This document shows, one piece after another, positions 1 through 12,982 of a stretch of DNA of 64,000 bases. Position 1 is the first letter of the stretch. Each line of letters starts with the position of its first letter. The stretch lies in NCBI GenBank assembly GCA_044224495.1, contig JBGAKG010000005.1:300711-364710 (forward strand), given 5' to 3'. Both the position numbers and the translations under genes were made by a program. Source of the stretch: Polyangiaceae bacterium. Its GTDB lineage: Bacteria > Myxococcota_A > Polyangia > Polyangiales > Polyangiaceae. The notes under the pieces were generated by a model. That model saw only the letters and a program-made list of their open reading frames with translations, was not told the DNA's origin and searched no databases.

Positions 1-375
1 GAGGCCCGCGCCTTCGACGGCGGCGACGACCTCGCTCGGCGTGGCGTGGCGCGCGAGGACGCCGCCGTGGGCCTTCCAGTCGGCCGCGGCGGACTGCCAC
101 GCGCCGAGCGCGACCGGGTCGACGGGCTTCGCCGTCACGAGCACGTTCTCGACGCCCTTCGCCACGAGGGCGGAGCTCGCGATCGGGTGCGCGTCGACGG
201 TCTTCGGGTCGTCGTCCGGCGCGTACGGCGACCCCTGGAGGAACCCGTAATGGAGCGCGATGGGCTTCGTCGTGACGAGCGGGTCGTCGGACCCTTCGAG
301 CTCGTCGACGGGGCCGCTGCAGCCGAGGGCGACCGCAGCGGAGACGACGATGGCGGAGAGGACGGCCCAGCGCAT
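1..375 (-). CDS. lipoprotein, partial (C-terminus beyond window edge)
   Basis: ATG at 375 on the minus strand, in frame to position 1 with no stop. N-terminus MRWAVLSAIVVSAAVALGCSG has a lipobox. GC3 is very high. Not in the ORF track because it runs off the edge. Confidence 0.5.
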   Translation of the reverse strand, partial: MRWAVLSAIVVSAAVALGCSGPVDELEGSDDPLVTTKPIALHYGFLQGSPYAPDDDPKTVDAHPIASSALVAKGVENVLVTAKPVDPVALGAWQSAAADWKAHGGVLARHATPSEVVAAVEGAGL

Positions 376-492
376 GCCCTCGGGGAGAGCACGCGCCGTG
401 CCGGCGCTGCCCCCTCGAAATCCTCGGCATTTCCGAGCGTCGGAGCGGATCGGCGGCGATCCGTCCGGTCCACGATGGCCCGGTCCGCTCGC

Positions 493-4654
<4,162 letters not shown>

Positions 4655-4789
4655 GCGCTTCGGGTGTTACGCCCGAAGGTCGTGCGCGGTTTCGGTCAGC
4701 TTCGGCGGCGAGGATACGGGAAGAGGATGAAATGTGGGAGAAAAGAGCTACCCGCGCTCCGTCCGGTCAGGGCGAGGCGGCGCGTCCGT

Positions 4790-4822
4790 CCTTGACAAGC
4801 GCGTGACCTTTCGGCACTTTCC
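4790..4822 (+). promoter_or_regulatory. possible sigma70-like promoter of tRNA-Phe
   Basis: TTGACA at 4790-4795 with a weak -10-like CACTTT 17 nt downstream, about 35 nt before the tRNA start. A 10-bp palindrome GAAGCGCTTC lies at 4833-4842. Confidence 0.2.
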
Positions 4823-4856
4823 GCGCCGCTCGAAGCGCTTCGGCGCTGCGGAGCAT

Positions 4857-4929
4857 GCCCAGGTAGCTCAGTTGGTAGAGCAGGGGATTGAAAATCCCCG
4901 TGTCGGCGGTTCGATTCCGTCCCTGGGCA
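4857..4929 (+). tRNA. tRNA-Phe (anticodon GAA)
   Basis: Clean cloverleaf by hand: acceptor GCCCAGG/CCTGGGC, D-loop AGTTGGTA, anticodon loop TTGAAAA giving GAA, T-loop TTCGATT. Serves as the integration target (attL). Confidence 0.9.
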
Positions 4930-4930
4930 C
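4888..4930 (+). repeat. attL core: 3' half of tRNA-Phe
   Basis: TTGAAAATCCCCGTGTCGGCGGTTCGATTCCGTCCCTGGGCAC, identical to 14661-14703. Confidence 0.85.
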
Positions 4931-4991
4931 GAAGAAACAAGGGGTTTCGTGATTCGAGACCTTCCACCGGGTACCCCGTTTTCCACGAGCT

Positions 4992-5010
4992 GGGGTACCG
5001 CCGGGGTACC
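4992..5010 (+). repeat. 19-bp repeat GGGGTACCGCCGGGGTACC, candidate integrase arm-type site (attL side)
   Basis: Exact copy at 14590-14608, about 55 bp from the attR core. A third GGGTACC lies at 4969. TTCCACGAG also occurs near both att ends (4982 and 14651). Confidence 0.45.
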
Positions 5011-5257
5011 GGGCCCGTAGGGCGCTCGACCCGAGGAACGGCCCAACCCCCCATCCGACGCCCGAAAGCGCGTCCTGCGTCATCCTGGGCGAACGCCACG
5101 AGCGTCTGCGGTCGACGTGTGGGCGATGCGCGGGTGCAGCTTGGCACAATCGCGGGGGCGCCAATAGTTGCCAGCGTTAGAGGGGGTGCTAATCCTGAGT
5201 AAAATCGATAAGTTACGACCTTGACGTGGCCAGGGCCTGCGCTATGTTCCCTCCAAC

Positions 5258-5443
5258 ATGGCACACCTTGGCACATCGGTCCCCCGTCTCCCTCCCGAGC
5301 TGCGGCGCGCCCACGTCTACCGGGTCCCGGTCAGCGCCATCGAGCGCGAGGCCATCGCCCGGATCGCGGCGGCCCGCGGCATCCCCGTGGCTCAGCTCCT
5401 CCGTGAGCTGGCGCTCGCCACCGCTCCGAAGGTGCGGGCATGA
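5258..5443 (+). CDS. small putative DNA-binding protein (61 aa)
   Basis: First ORF inside the element after attL. Basic and helical (IEREAIARIAAARGIPVAQLLRELA), consistent with a small regulator. Weak call. Confidence 0.35.
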   Translation: MAHLGTSVPRLPPELRRAHVYRVPVSAIEREAIARIAAARGIPVAQLLRELALATAPKVRA

Positions 5444-5589
5444 GGGCCGCGATCGTGGCGCTCGCTGAGCGCATCATCCGCGCCCTCGTCCCCCCGCCCC
5501 CGGGCGGAGATGGTGGCTTTCGCGTCGTCACTCGTGTCGATGAGTTCGGGCGCGAGCGCCGCACCTACGAGCCGCGAGGGTCCCGGTGA
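5440..5589 (+). CDS. small hypothetical protein (49 aa)
   Basis: ATG at 5440 overlaps the previous stop (ATGA) and ends where the next gene's GTG starts. Call rests only on gene packing. Confidence 0.25.
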   Translation: MRAAIVALAERIIRALVPPPPGGDGGFRVVTRVDEFGRERRTYEPRGSR

Positions 5590-6440
5590 GCACCACCTAC
5601 AACCCGAATTCTCGGGTCGTCCAAGCGACCTCGCCGGCACCGGTCGCCATCGCATCGAGCACGGGGGCAACCCCGATCGTCGTGACGACGGCGACGCCGC
5701 ACGGCTACGTGGCGGACGATTGCGTCCAGATCATCGGCCACGACCAAGCGGCGGCGAACGGCCTTTGGCAGGTCACCGTAGTCGACGCGACGCGCTTCTC
5801 CTTGAAGACCTCGATCGGAACTGGCGCGGGCGGGGCGATCGGGCAGGCGCAGGACTTCAGCGTCAACCCGCTGCTGACCCTCCCCGGCGACGGCGACCTG
5901 GAGAGCGCGTCCAGCGTCAACGCCCCCATCTCCGGGCAGGCGAACGTGGCGCCGTTCCTGTACCAGCGCGTCGGCAAGTACAAAACGCACGAGGTGTACC
6001 AGGCCGGGACGTTCCTCAGCGTCGGGAACGCGTTCAGCGCGACCGCGGTAGGCACCGCGACTTGGACCACGCTGACGGGATTGGGGAACGTGCTCAGCGC
6101 GCTCGCCGATCGCTATCTCGCCTCGGGCGACATCCTCGAAGTTCTTTTCACGAGCACGATCTTCGTCCAGCCCGCGCAGGAATTCGCGCTCGCGATCGGG
6201 CTCTCGCTGAACGGCGGGGCGGCGTCGCCCCAGAGCTACAGCGTGCGTACCGCGTCGAACGCGGGCGCGTCGTCGCTCGCCTTCCCCATCGCCTGCAGCG
6301 TCGTGATCGACTCCGGGTTCAGCGCCAACGATCGATTCGACCTCTCGGTCCTCGGCTACTCGCCCGCGGTCCCGGTCGGGAACCTCTCGCTGATGACCGG
6401 CTTCCAGCTGGAGTGCCGGCATTTAAGGAGCAACGCATGA
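5586..6440 (+). CDS. hypothetical Ser/Thr/Gly/Ala-rich protein, possibly a virion structural protein
   Basis: 284-aa ORF from the track with low-complexity beta-rich composition. Stop overlaps the next start (ATGA). Confidence 0.55.
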   Translation: MSTTYNPNSRVVQATSPAPVAIASSTGATPIVVTTATPHGYVADDCVQIIGHDQAAANGLWQVTVVDATRFSLKTSIGTGAGGAIGQAQDFSVNPLLTLPGDGDLESASSVNAPISGQANVAPFLYQRVGKYKTHEVYQAGTFLSVGNAFSATAVGTATWTTLTGLGNVLSALADRYLASGDILEVLFTSTIFVQPAQEFALAIGLSLNGGAASPQSYSVRTASNAGASSLAFPIACSVVIDSGFSANDRFDLSVLGYSPAVPVGNLSLMTGFQLECRHLRSNA

Positions 6441-6769
6441 ACCGACGAAACGAGATCGCCCGCACGCTTGTGGCCGAGGGCGTGAGCCCCTACTCGAAGA
6501 AGCTCCCCGCGCTCGTCGCAGCTCGGCTCCGCGCCGAGGAGGATGCCGACGCCGAGCTGCAGGGCGAGGAGATCGCCGAACAGGCCATCTCCGACGCGCG
6601 CCAGGCCCGCAAGGCTGCGCGCCGTCGCCGTGACATCGCGCGAGTCCAACGTCGGGTCGCCCAAGAGGGCGCGGCCGAAGCCGCGCCGCCGAAGCCGCGC
6701 ACGTTCGCGAGCGCCGCGGGTGACGTGCTCGAGGTGCACGCAGACGCGCGCGCGTGGGAGCGAGGCTGA
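6437..6769 (+). CDS. hypothetical charged/coiled-coil protein (110 aa)
   Basis: ATG at 6437 preceded by AAGGAG with a 6-nt spacer. Falls in the frame of ORF 5510..6769. Confidence 0.55.
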   Translation: MNRRNEIARTLVAEGVSPYSKKLPALVAARLRAEEDADAELQGEEIAEQAISDARQARKAARRRRDIARVQRRVAQEGAAEAAPPKPRTFASAAGDVLEVHADARAWERG

Positions 6770-6772
6770 TCC

Positions 6773-7072
6773 ATGTGGCAAGGGCTACGCGGCAGCATCA
6801 AGCGATTCGCCGGGTCCAGCGGCAACGTGGACCTTCCCGCGTGCGCTGCGGTCATCGCCATCAACGCGCACGCGACGACCGCGGGAAGCGTGACGTTCTG
6901 GGATCAAGCTGGCGGCTCCGTCACCGTCCCGGTCCCGGCGAACACGTGGTGGATCTTCGATCCAAAGCACGCGAACGCGATCGTTCAGAGGAGCGCGAGC
7001 TCCTACTCGCGGATCACGTTCGCGAGCACGGACAGCTACTTCGTCGAGGCCGTGAGCCCGATGGGGTTCTGA
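6773..7072 (+). CDS. hypothetical protein (99 aa)
   Basis: ORF from the track, tightly packed after the previous stop. Confidence 0.45.
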   Translation: MWQGLRGSIKRFAGSSGNVDLPACAAVIAINAHATTAGSVTFWDQAGGSVTVPVPANTWWIFDPKHANAIVQRSASSYSRITFASTDSYFVEAVSPMGF

Positions 7073-7136
7073 GAGTTCATCCCATTGTGGGATCCGGACA
7101 CAACGCCGTGACCCGGCCGGCAAAGCAGAGGACATC

Positions 7137-7739
7137 ATGAGCACGAAAGAGACCGACGCACTCCAACGCCAAGCGCTGGAGGAACAACTCGACCCGACCA
7201 AGACGATCGCGCGGCTCCGCGCAAACGCGGAGGTGAAGGTCGACCCGCGAAAGCGCGTCCTGTACCGGACGCCGACGCGCTGGAGCAGCGAGACATTCGT
7301 CGCGTGGGGCTACATGCTCCCCGGGTTCGGCGGCGCGCTGCGTGACGGCGAGTTCGTCGCCGCGGTGGCAACGCTCGCCCCGCGCATGCACGAGCCCGAC
7401 TGGCGCATCACCGCCGCGTTCGAGGATGCGGTGCTGTTCTCCGCTCCCCTCCTTGCCCGCATCGAAGCCCTTGTCATCTCGCCGGCGCGCCAGCGCGAGC
7501 TGGAAACCGCCTACCGTGGCGGGACCGCGCTGCGTGAGGTGCTGAACGCGGAGCTGCGGAAGGTTCACGCCGTCGTGGGTCACCACGCACTTGGACGTGC
7601 TCTCTCCGGGAAGATCCTCGGAGAGGTGCGGCGCGATCTCGTGCCCCTGAAGATCCTCGCCAAGGGCGAGCCCCTCCCCACGGTGGAGGAGATCTCCACC
7701 ATGAAGGAGATCGACATTCCGGCGCCGGGTGCGCTGTGA
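7137..7739 (+). CDS. hypothetical protein (200 aa)
   Basis: ORF from the track. Non-Arg-rich, balanced composition. Confidence 0.55.
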   Translation: MSTKETDALQRQALEEQLDPTKTIARLRANAEVKVDPRKRVLYRTPTRWSSETFVAWGYMLPGFGGALRDGEFVAAVATLAPRMHEPDWRITAAFEDAVLFSAPLLARIEALVISPARQRELETAYRGGTALREVLNAELRKVHAVVGHHALGRALSGKILGEVRRDLVPLKILAKGEPLPTVEEISTMKEIDIPAPGAL

Positions 7740-7981
7740 TCGTCGGTCGCCTGCAACGCGCGAGCGATCCACACGAGCCGCCGCGCTACGTCGACGTCGA
7801 TCTCCCCGAGGCGTTCGCGCTCGGGCTGTTCGAGAGCCACCACGAGCGGGGCGTGATCTTCTGCGCGGGGCGCGAGGGCTACGAGCCCCTGTTCCTCTTC
7901 CGCGCGGGAGAAGCGTACGTGCTCGCCGATGGCGAGCTAGGCGTGGTCACCGACTGGACCGTCGCCCGGTTCTGGAGCTGA
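7736..7981 (+). CDS. hypothetical protein (81 aa)
   Basis: GTG start overlaps the previous stop (GTGA). Confidence 0.45.
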   Translation: MIVGRLQRASDPHEPPRYVDVDLPEAFALGLFESHHERGVIFCAGREGYEPLFLFRAGEAYVLADGELGVVTDWTVARFWS

Positions 7982-7985
7982 GGCG

Positions 7986-8243
7986 ATGACCTTCCGAACC
8001 GGAGACCGCGCCGATCGCGACGTGCTCACGGTCGAAGGTCGCGTCATCAGCTGGGCGCACTCGCACGGCAAGGTCGAAGTGACGATGGCGGGGAAGCCCT
8101 TCGTCGTCACTGCGCACCGCAGCGGGAAACTGCGCATGAACCACGTTCACGTCCTGGAAGGCGACATGGTGAAGGTGGAGCTTTCACCCTTCGACCTCCG
8201 ACGCGGGCGAATCATCGAACGCGAGCGCTCGCCGCGCTCTTGA
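7986..8243 (+). CDS. infA-like: translation initiation factor IF-1 (InfA) family paralog carried by the mobile element
   Basis: VTAHRSGKLRMNHVHVLEGDMVKVELSPFDLRRGRIIER aligns to E. coli IF-1 ([39 protein letters not shown]). S1/OB fold, 85 aa. Confidence 0.7.
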   Translation: MTFRTGDRADRDVLTVEGRVISWAHSHGKVEVTMAGKPFVVTAHRSGKLRMNHVHVLEGDMVKVELSPFDLRRGRIIERERSPRS

Positions 8244-8371
8244 GACTCCGTGCGCGGAATGGTCCGCGCGCAGGAATAGGCCGCTCGCCGTCGGCGGCCC
8301 GGGTCGTTGTGCTCCATCCCCGACACCGCGTTCGTTCTCCGCGCGGGAGACGGCACCTTTTCAAAGACAGC

Positions 8372-8402
8372 GGCCCGAACCGGAGGTGACTCCGGCCGGG
8401 CC
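8372..8402 (+). terminator. GC-rich stem-loop between the infA-like and helicase genes
   Basis: GGCCCGAACCGGAGGTGACTCCGGCCGGGCC is a nested inverted repeat with no T-tract. Could be a terminator or attenuator. Confidence 0.2.
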
Positions 8403-8425
8403 GTCACACACGACGGAGTGTTCGC

Positions 8426-9850
8426 GTGTTTTCTACAGTAACCGCCGTACCGCTGGGTGCAACCAGCTCGAACGACAACGATGCGATCGTCATCGAACCT
8501 GGGCCCCCTGCGTGGCTCGACGATGCAGACGCCGATCGCGTGCTCGATGCCCAAGTCGACTCGCAAGCTCAGCCCCAAGACGAACCCTCGATGCCCGCCC
8601 GGCTCGGGTCTCACCTTGGCGATGCGCTTCTCCGCGCCCATCGGCGAGCGAACGGGAAGGAGCGGCCGGTACCCATCCCTTTCCCCTCGCTGGCGCCGCA
8701 CTTCGGCGGGGGCCTTTGGGCTGGCGTTCACTTCCTCGTGGCCGGGACGGGTCTCGGGAAGACGCAGCTAGGGCTGCAGGTGGGCCTGCATGCGGCGCGG
8801 GCGGGTGTGCCCGTGCTGTACTTGGGGCTGGAGCTGGAGCCGATGCAGATCGCCCTGCGCGCCATGGGCGACGCGTCCGGGGTGCCTTGGTCCAAGCTCT
8901 ACGTCGGCGACGCGCACCCGAACATGCTGGAGCGCGCGTCGGTGACGCTGGACGAGCTCGCGGCGCTCCCCTTCCACACCGAATTCGGGCGCCCCAACGG
9001 CTGGCCACAGGAGCGAATCACGGAGCTTGGGGCGAAGATGCGCGCCTACTACCCGGAGGCGGATGGGCCGGGGTCACGGCCGATTCTCGTGGTGCTCGAC
9101 TTCCTGCAACTCGTCGGCGACACCACCGGGGAGACGCTGGAGATCCGGGAGCGCATCGGGCGAGCGGCCTACAGGGCGCGCGCCTTGGGCGCGGAGAAGA
9201 ACATCTCCGTCCTGGTCATCTCGGGCGTGAGCCGCGAGGCGCGCCGCACCCTCGCCGACGCCGTAGCGGCGGCCGGGTTCGCCTACGACGAGGACGAGCA
9301 CGGCCGGCCGGTGAACCGTCGGATCCTCACCCCCGATGCCCTGCAGGGGCTGGCGAAGGAGAGCGGCGACGTGGAGTTCTCCGCCGACACCCTCAGCGTC
9401 ATCTACAAGGAGCCGGCGACGTTCGAGCCCGGCGGGGGCGTTGACGTGGTGTTCGCCACGGTGAAGGCGCGCGCGTGCCGCGAGACGTGGAGTCCGCTCC
9501 GCTTCACCGGCTTCACCTTCCACGAGCCCGAGGACCGCGGCGGGCGCCTCGTGGACGCGTGGAAAGCCAAGGACGATGCCCGCGCCCAGGCGAAGGAGCA
9601 ACGAGCCCAGGCCAAGCTGGACGCCAAGAGGGCCAAGCTCGTCGCCGACGCCGCCGCGGTCGCCGCCTACGTCCAAGCCAACCCCGGGTGCACGGTGCGC
9701 GCGGCCCGCGTGAACGCCGTAGGCGACGCCAGCGGCCGCTGGACCCGCGCCGTTGCCCTCCTCGGCCGTGCCCTCGCGACCGACGACAAGAAGCGGCTCA
9801 CCCTCGAACCTGCAGCCTTGTCGGACGAGGTGCGCTCATGTCTCACCTGA
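8426..9850 (+). CDS. DnaB-like (RecA-fold) replicative helicase / RepA-like ATPase
   Basis: Walker A GTGLGKTQL, DnaB H2-like VLDFLQLV and SGVSREA. No DnaB N-terminal domain. GTG start at 8426 is uncertain. Confidence 0.65.
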   Translation: MFSTVTAVPLGATSSNDNDAIVIEPGPPAWLDDADADRVLDAQVDSQAQPQDEPSMPARLGSHLGDALLRAHRRANGKERPVPIPFPSLAPHFGGGLWAGVHFLVAGTGLGKTQLGLQVGLHAARAGVPVLYLGLELEPMQIALRAMGDASGVPWSKLYVGDAHPNMLERASVTLDELAALPFHTEFGRPNGWPQERITELGAKMRAYYPEADGPGSRPILVVLDFLQLVGDTTGETLEIRERIGRAAYRARALGAEKNISVLVISGVSREARRTLADAVAAAGFAYDEDEHGRPVNRRILTPDALQGLAKESGDVEFSADTLSVIYKEPATFEPGGGVDVVFATVKARACRETWSPLRFTGFTFHEPEDRGGRLVDAWKAKDDARAQAKEQRAQAKLDAKRAKLVADAAAVAAYVQANPGCTVRAARVNAVGDASGRWTRAVALLGRALATDDKKRLTLEPAALSDEVRSCLT

Positions 9851-9990
9851 GCGTGGAAGAAAAGCGTGGACGTGGAAAATCCCCCCCATACCCCCCCACC
9901 GTTCCACGTTCCACGGTGGACGGCCGGGGGCCTACCGTGGAGCCGTGGACGGGCGTGGAATTCCACACCTTCCACGCTTTCCACGCCTAC
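9851..9990. repeat. iteron-like cluster of at least 11 copies of heptamer CGTGGA(A/C/G) in both orientations (putative replication origin)
   Basis: Directly downstream of the helicase stop, for example GCGTGGAAG, CGTGGACGTGGAAAA, GTTCCACGTTCCACGGTGGACGG, CCGTGGAGCCGTGGACGGGCGTGGAATTCCACACCTTCCACGCTTTCCACG. Followed by a poly-C tract and a relatively AT-rich 250 bp. Confidence 0.5.
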
Positions 9991-10241
9991 CCAACGGGAG
10001 GGGGACGGAAAGGAGGGGAGTCGAGCGGAAGGGGCAATTCTCGTACCACTGTAATTCGGTGGGTTGGCACGTTCCTTTCCATGGCCGAACGACGTTTCGG
10101 GACGGCACGGCGCTTGCCGTGCGGTCGGCGCGTGCATCCTGCAGAATTCCAGCGTGAGCGGCGCTCAAGTTGTCCCGTAAGTAACAGGCCGGGACACCCC
10201 TGGCGTGAGGCGAAAAACGTAAGTCTTTTCCGTTCGCATAC

Positions 10242-10269
10242 TTGCAAACTTTTTGGGACGCGCTACATT
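10242..10269 (+). promoter_or_regulatory. putative sigma70-like promoter for the serine recombinase gene
   Basis: TTGCAA-N16-TACATT sits 7 nt upstream of ATG 10276. The region is unusually AT-rich for this genome. Confidence 0.3.
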
Positions 10270-10275
10270 CCACCC

Positions 10276-10860
10276 ATGGGCCAAACCGCCGTGTATTTCC
10301 GCGTGAGTAGCCGTGGTCAGGACTTCGCCACCCAGCGGGACGCGGTGATGAAGGTCGCCCCCGCGGAGGCGTCGGTCTACCAAGAGAAGGCCAGCGCCAA
10401 GACGAAAGACCGGCCGGAGCTGAGCCGCCTACTCGCCGACGTGCGGGCCGGCATCGTGGATCGGGTCATCACCTTCAAGCTGGACAGGCTCACGCGCTCG
10501 GGTGTCGCCGACACCTTCGCCGTGGTGGATGCCATCCGGAAGGCTGGCGCAACCCTCCACTGCGTGGCCGATGGGCTCGTGGTGAAGCCGGGCGAGGACG
10601 TGACCAGCGACGTCCTGGTGTTCGCCCTGGGCCTTGCCGCCAAGCTGGAGCGCACCGCGAAGAACGACCGCATCGCCGCCGCACGGACGCGCCTGGAGGC
10701 CAAGGGCGAGGCATGGGGCCGGCCCGCCAGGGTCACCCCTGCCCAGCTCGACACCATCAAGCGCATGCGTGCCAAGGGCGACAGCGTGCGCACCATCGCC
10801 GCCGCGTTGGGCGTACCGCGCAGCACCATCGGGCGCGCGGTGAAGGAGCTCGGGTCATGA
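10276..10860 (+). CDS. serine recombinase (resolvase/invertase family)
   Basis: N-terminal catalytic motif VYFRVSSRGQD, about 194 aa, C-terminal HTH (RTIAAALGVPRSTIGRAVKE). Confidence 0.8.
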   Translation: MGQTAVYFRVSSRGQDFATQRDAVMKVAPAEASVYQEKASAKTKDRPELSRLLADVRAGIVDRVITFKLDRLTRSGVADTFAVVDAIRKAGATLHCVADGLVVKPGEDVTSDVLVFALGLAAKLERTAKNDRIAAARTRLEAKGEAWGRPARVTPAQLDTIKRMRAKGDSVRTIAAALGVPRSTIGRAVKELGS

Positions 10861-10938
10861 CCCGGGGGGCGCCTGTTTTCCAACCGACCCCCCTCCCCCT
10901 GGGCGGGGCCGTCTCTCCGGCAATTTTGCGAGGTAGCC

Positions 10939-11481
10939 ATGTATAAGCCGCGCGGTGGTGCTCCCACGATTGAGGTTGCCACGGTCGACCGGCAGCCTGA
11001 GCCTGTTCCGGGTGATGTTCCTGCGCCTGCGCCGCGAGGGTTCGGCAAGCTCAGTCCGAGCGAGGCGGGGAAGCTGGGCGGGGTCGAGCGGTGGAGGAAG
11101 TACAAGGCGCAGCAAGCGCTGGGGTTGAAGCTGCCCAAGGGGAGCAAGTTCGCGACGTACCGGACGCAGGCGAACGACTTCCTGACCGCGCACCTCTCGG
11201 AGCTGGCGAAGGTGGCGGGGGGGTCGGTTGGGCCTGGGCCATCCTCCATGGCTGCTTCGGCGGCGCTGCAGCTGGCGGCGTCGCGGTGGATGTTCGACAC
11301 GGCGGCGGCGGCGGGGGACCCGGCGCTGATGAAGCAGGCGAGCACGCTCGCGAACGACTCGAGGCAGAACCTGCTTGCGGCCTACGAGCTGGCGGTGCGC
11401 GAGGCGCAGGCGCGCGGGAAGTACGGGGCGACGAACGCGCGGACGTTGGCCGAGCGCTTGCTCGGGGAAGGGGTCGAGTGA
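10939..11481 (+). CDS. hypothetical protein, possible terminase small subunit by position
   Basis: 180-aa ORF immediately upstream of the TerL-like gene. No diagnostic motif. Confidence 0.4.
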   Translation: MYKPRGGAPTIEVATVDRQPEPVPGDVPAPAPRGFGKLSPSEAGKLGGVERWRKYKAQQALGLKLPKGSKFATYRTQANDFLTAHLSELAKVAGGSVGPGPSSMAASAALQLAASRWMFDTAAAAGDPALMKQASTLANDSRQNLLAAYELAVREAQARGKYGATNARTLAERLLGEGVE

Positions 11482-11483
11482 CC

Positions 11484-12974
11484 ATGGGCAAGCTGGCGGA
11501 GAAGTTCTTCAAGTTCGATGCGCGGCTGGAGAAGGCGGGGCAACCGCCGTGCTCGCCGTGGTGGCGAGCGGAGCTGACCAAGTTCTTCGACGCGTACGAG
11601 AGCGGCGCTGCGGATGAGTACTGGACATGCGTTGGACGCGGCGGCGCCAAGTCGACGGCGCTGTACAAGGTCGCGCTGTTCTTCACCCTGTTCGGCGAGT
11701 TCGACATCCCGAAGCACGAGACGCACTACGCGACACTCATCTCGCGCAACCGGACGGAGGCGACGAAGGGCGCGGCCATCATCGCGCGGTGGCTCGACGC
11801 GCTGGGGGTGAAGCACGATCCGACGTCCGACGTCATCCACATTGCCGGCACGCAACGCGGCATCCGCATCTTGAGCGCCAGCGTCGCGGGCGCCTCCGGT
11901 TGGCGCGCGTTCTTCGTCGGCGCGGACGAGTTCAGCAAGTGGAACCGCGAAGGTGAAGCCGCGATGCTGGACGCGGACGAGGTGCTTGCGAGCGCTCGCG
12001 CGCAGACGGCGACGCATGCGCGGGCGCCGCTGTTCGTCGCGAGCACGCCGTGGATCCAGGAAGGGAGCTTCTACGAATCGATCGTCGGAGGGTCCGTTGA
12101 CGGGCGCGTGGTGTCGGGCCCTGCCCCCTCGTGGGCAGCGAACCCGGCGATCACCGAGGCGCAGACGCGGAGGAAGGAGCCGAACCCCGCGCGCTGGCGC
12201 CGTGAGTACGCGTGCGAGTTCTCGGCCACCTTCGATGCTGAGTACTTCTCCGACGAGCTCGTGATGAAGTGCACGGACCCGGGGCGCCTCTCGCGTCCCG
12301 AGCCATCGGGGCGCTACATGCACGTCGTGGCCATCGACCCCGCGTTCGTGTCGGACGGGTTCGGCATTGCCATCGCGCACGTGGAGGACCGCGAGGGCGG
12401 CGCCGCCGTGGTGGTGCTCGACTACGTGCACAGCCTGCAGGGCGACCGCGGCGGCGGCGGGCTGACCCCGGCCTACGCCATCGCCAACGTGGCGCACCTT
12501 CGCTACGCCTTCCCCGGCGGGCGCGCGGTGCTGAGTGACCAGCATGCAGCCGAAGCGCTCGCGCCGATGTTCCTCGAAAGCGGGATGCTCTTGCTCCCTG
12601 AACCGTGGTCGCAGTCGTCCAAGGTCGAGCGGTTCGAGTTCGTCCGCAACCTCATGCGCGATGGTCGCCTCCGTCTTCCCGACGATCCGTTCCTTCGTCG
12701 CGAGATTGCGAACATCGGCGTACGTCGCACGGGCGCGGGTGTGGAGTCGATCTCCAGTCGCGGGCGCGATGACCGCGTGTTCGCCGCGGTGCAAGCGGTC
12801 TGGCACGCGGCCCGCGGTGGCGCTCTCCTCGCTGCAGGGTCGACCGTGCAAACGTCCACGTTCGGCACGCGCCGGATAAGCTTGGTCGCGACGGGAAGCG
12901 TCACGGGCCGTGGTGGTCCTGGTTACGCTACGGTGGAGAGTGAGATCGCTGCGAGCATCGGGCGGGACAGGTAG
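11484..12974 (+). CDS. phage terminase large subunit-like protein
   Basis: Deviant Walker A CVGRGGAKST, Walker B FFVGADEF, nuclease-domain motif HVVAIDPAFVSDGFGIAIAHVE. About 496 aa from ATG 11484. Confidence 0.6.
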   Translation: MGKLAEKFFKFDARLEKAGQPPCSPWWRAELTKFFDAYESGAADEYWTCVGRGGAKSTALYKVALFFTLFGEFDIPKHETHYATLISRNRTEATKGAAIIARWLDALGVKHDPTSDVIHIAGTQRGIRILSASVAGASGWRAFFVGADEFSKWNREGEAAMLDADEVLASARAQTATHARAPLFVASTPWIQEGSFYESIVGGSVDGRVVSGPAPSWAANPAITEAQTRRKEPNPARWRREYACEFSATFDAEYFSDELVMKCTDPGRLSRPEPSGRYMHVVAIDPAFVSDGFGIAIAHVEDREGGAAVVVLDYVHSLQGDRGGGGLTPAYAIANVAHLRYAFPGGRAVLSDQHAAEALAPMFLESGMLLLPEPWSQSSKVERFEFVRNLMRDGRLRLPDDPFLRREIANIGVRRTGAGVESISSRGRDDRVFAAVQAVWHAARGGALLAAGSTVQTSTFGTRRISLVATGSVTGRGGPGYATVESEIAASIGRDR

Positions 12975-12982
12975 GAGGGACC

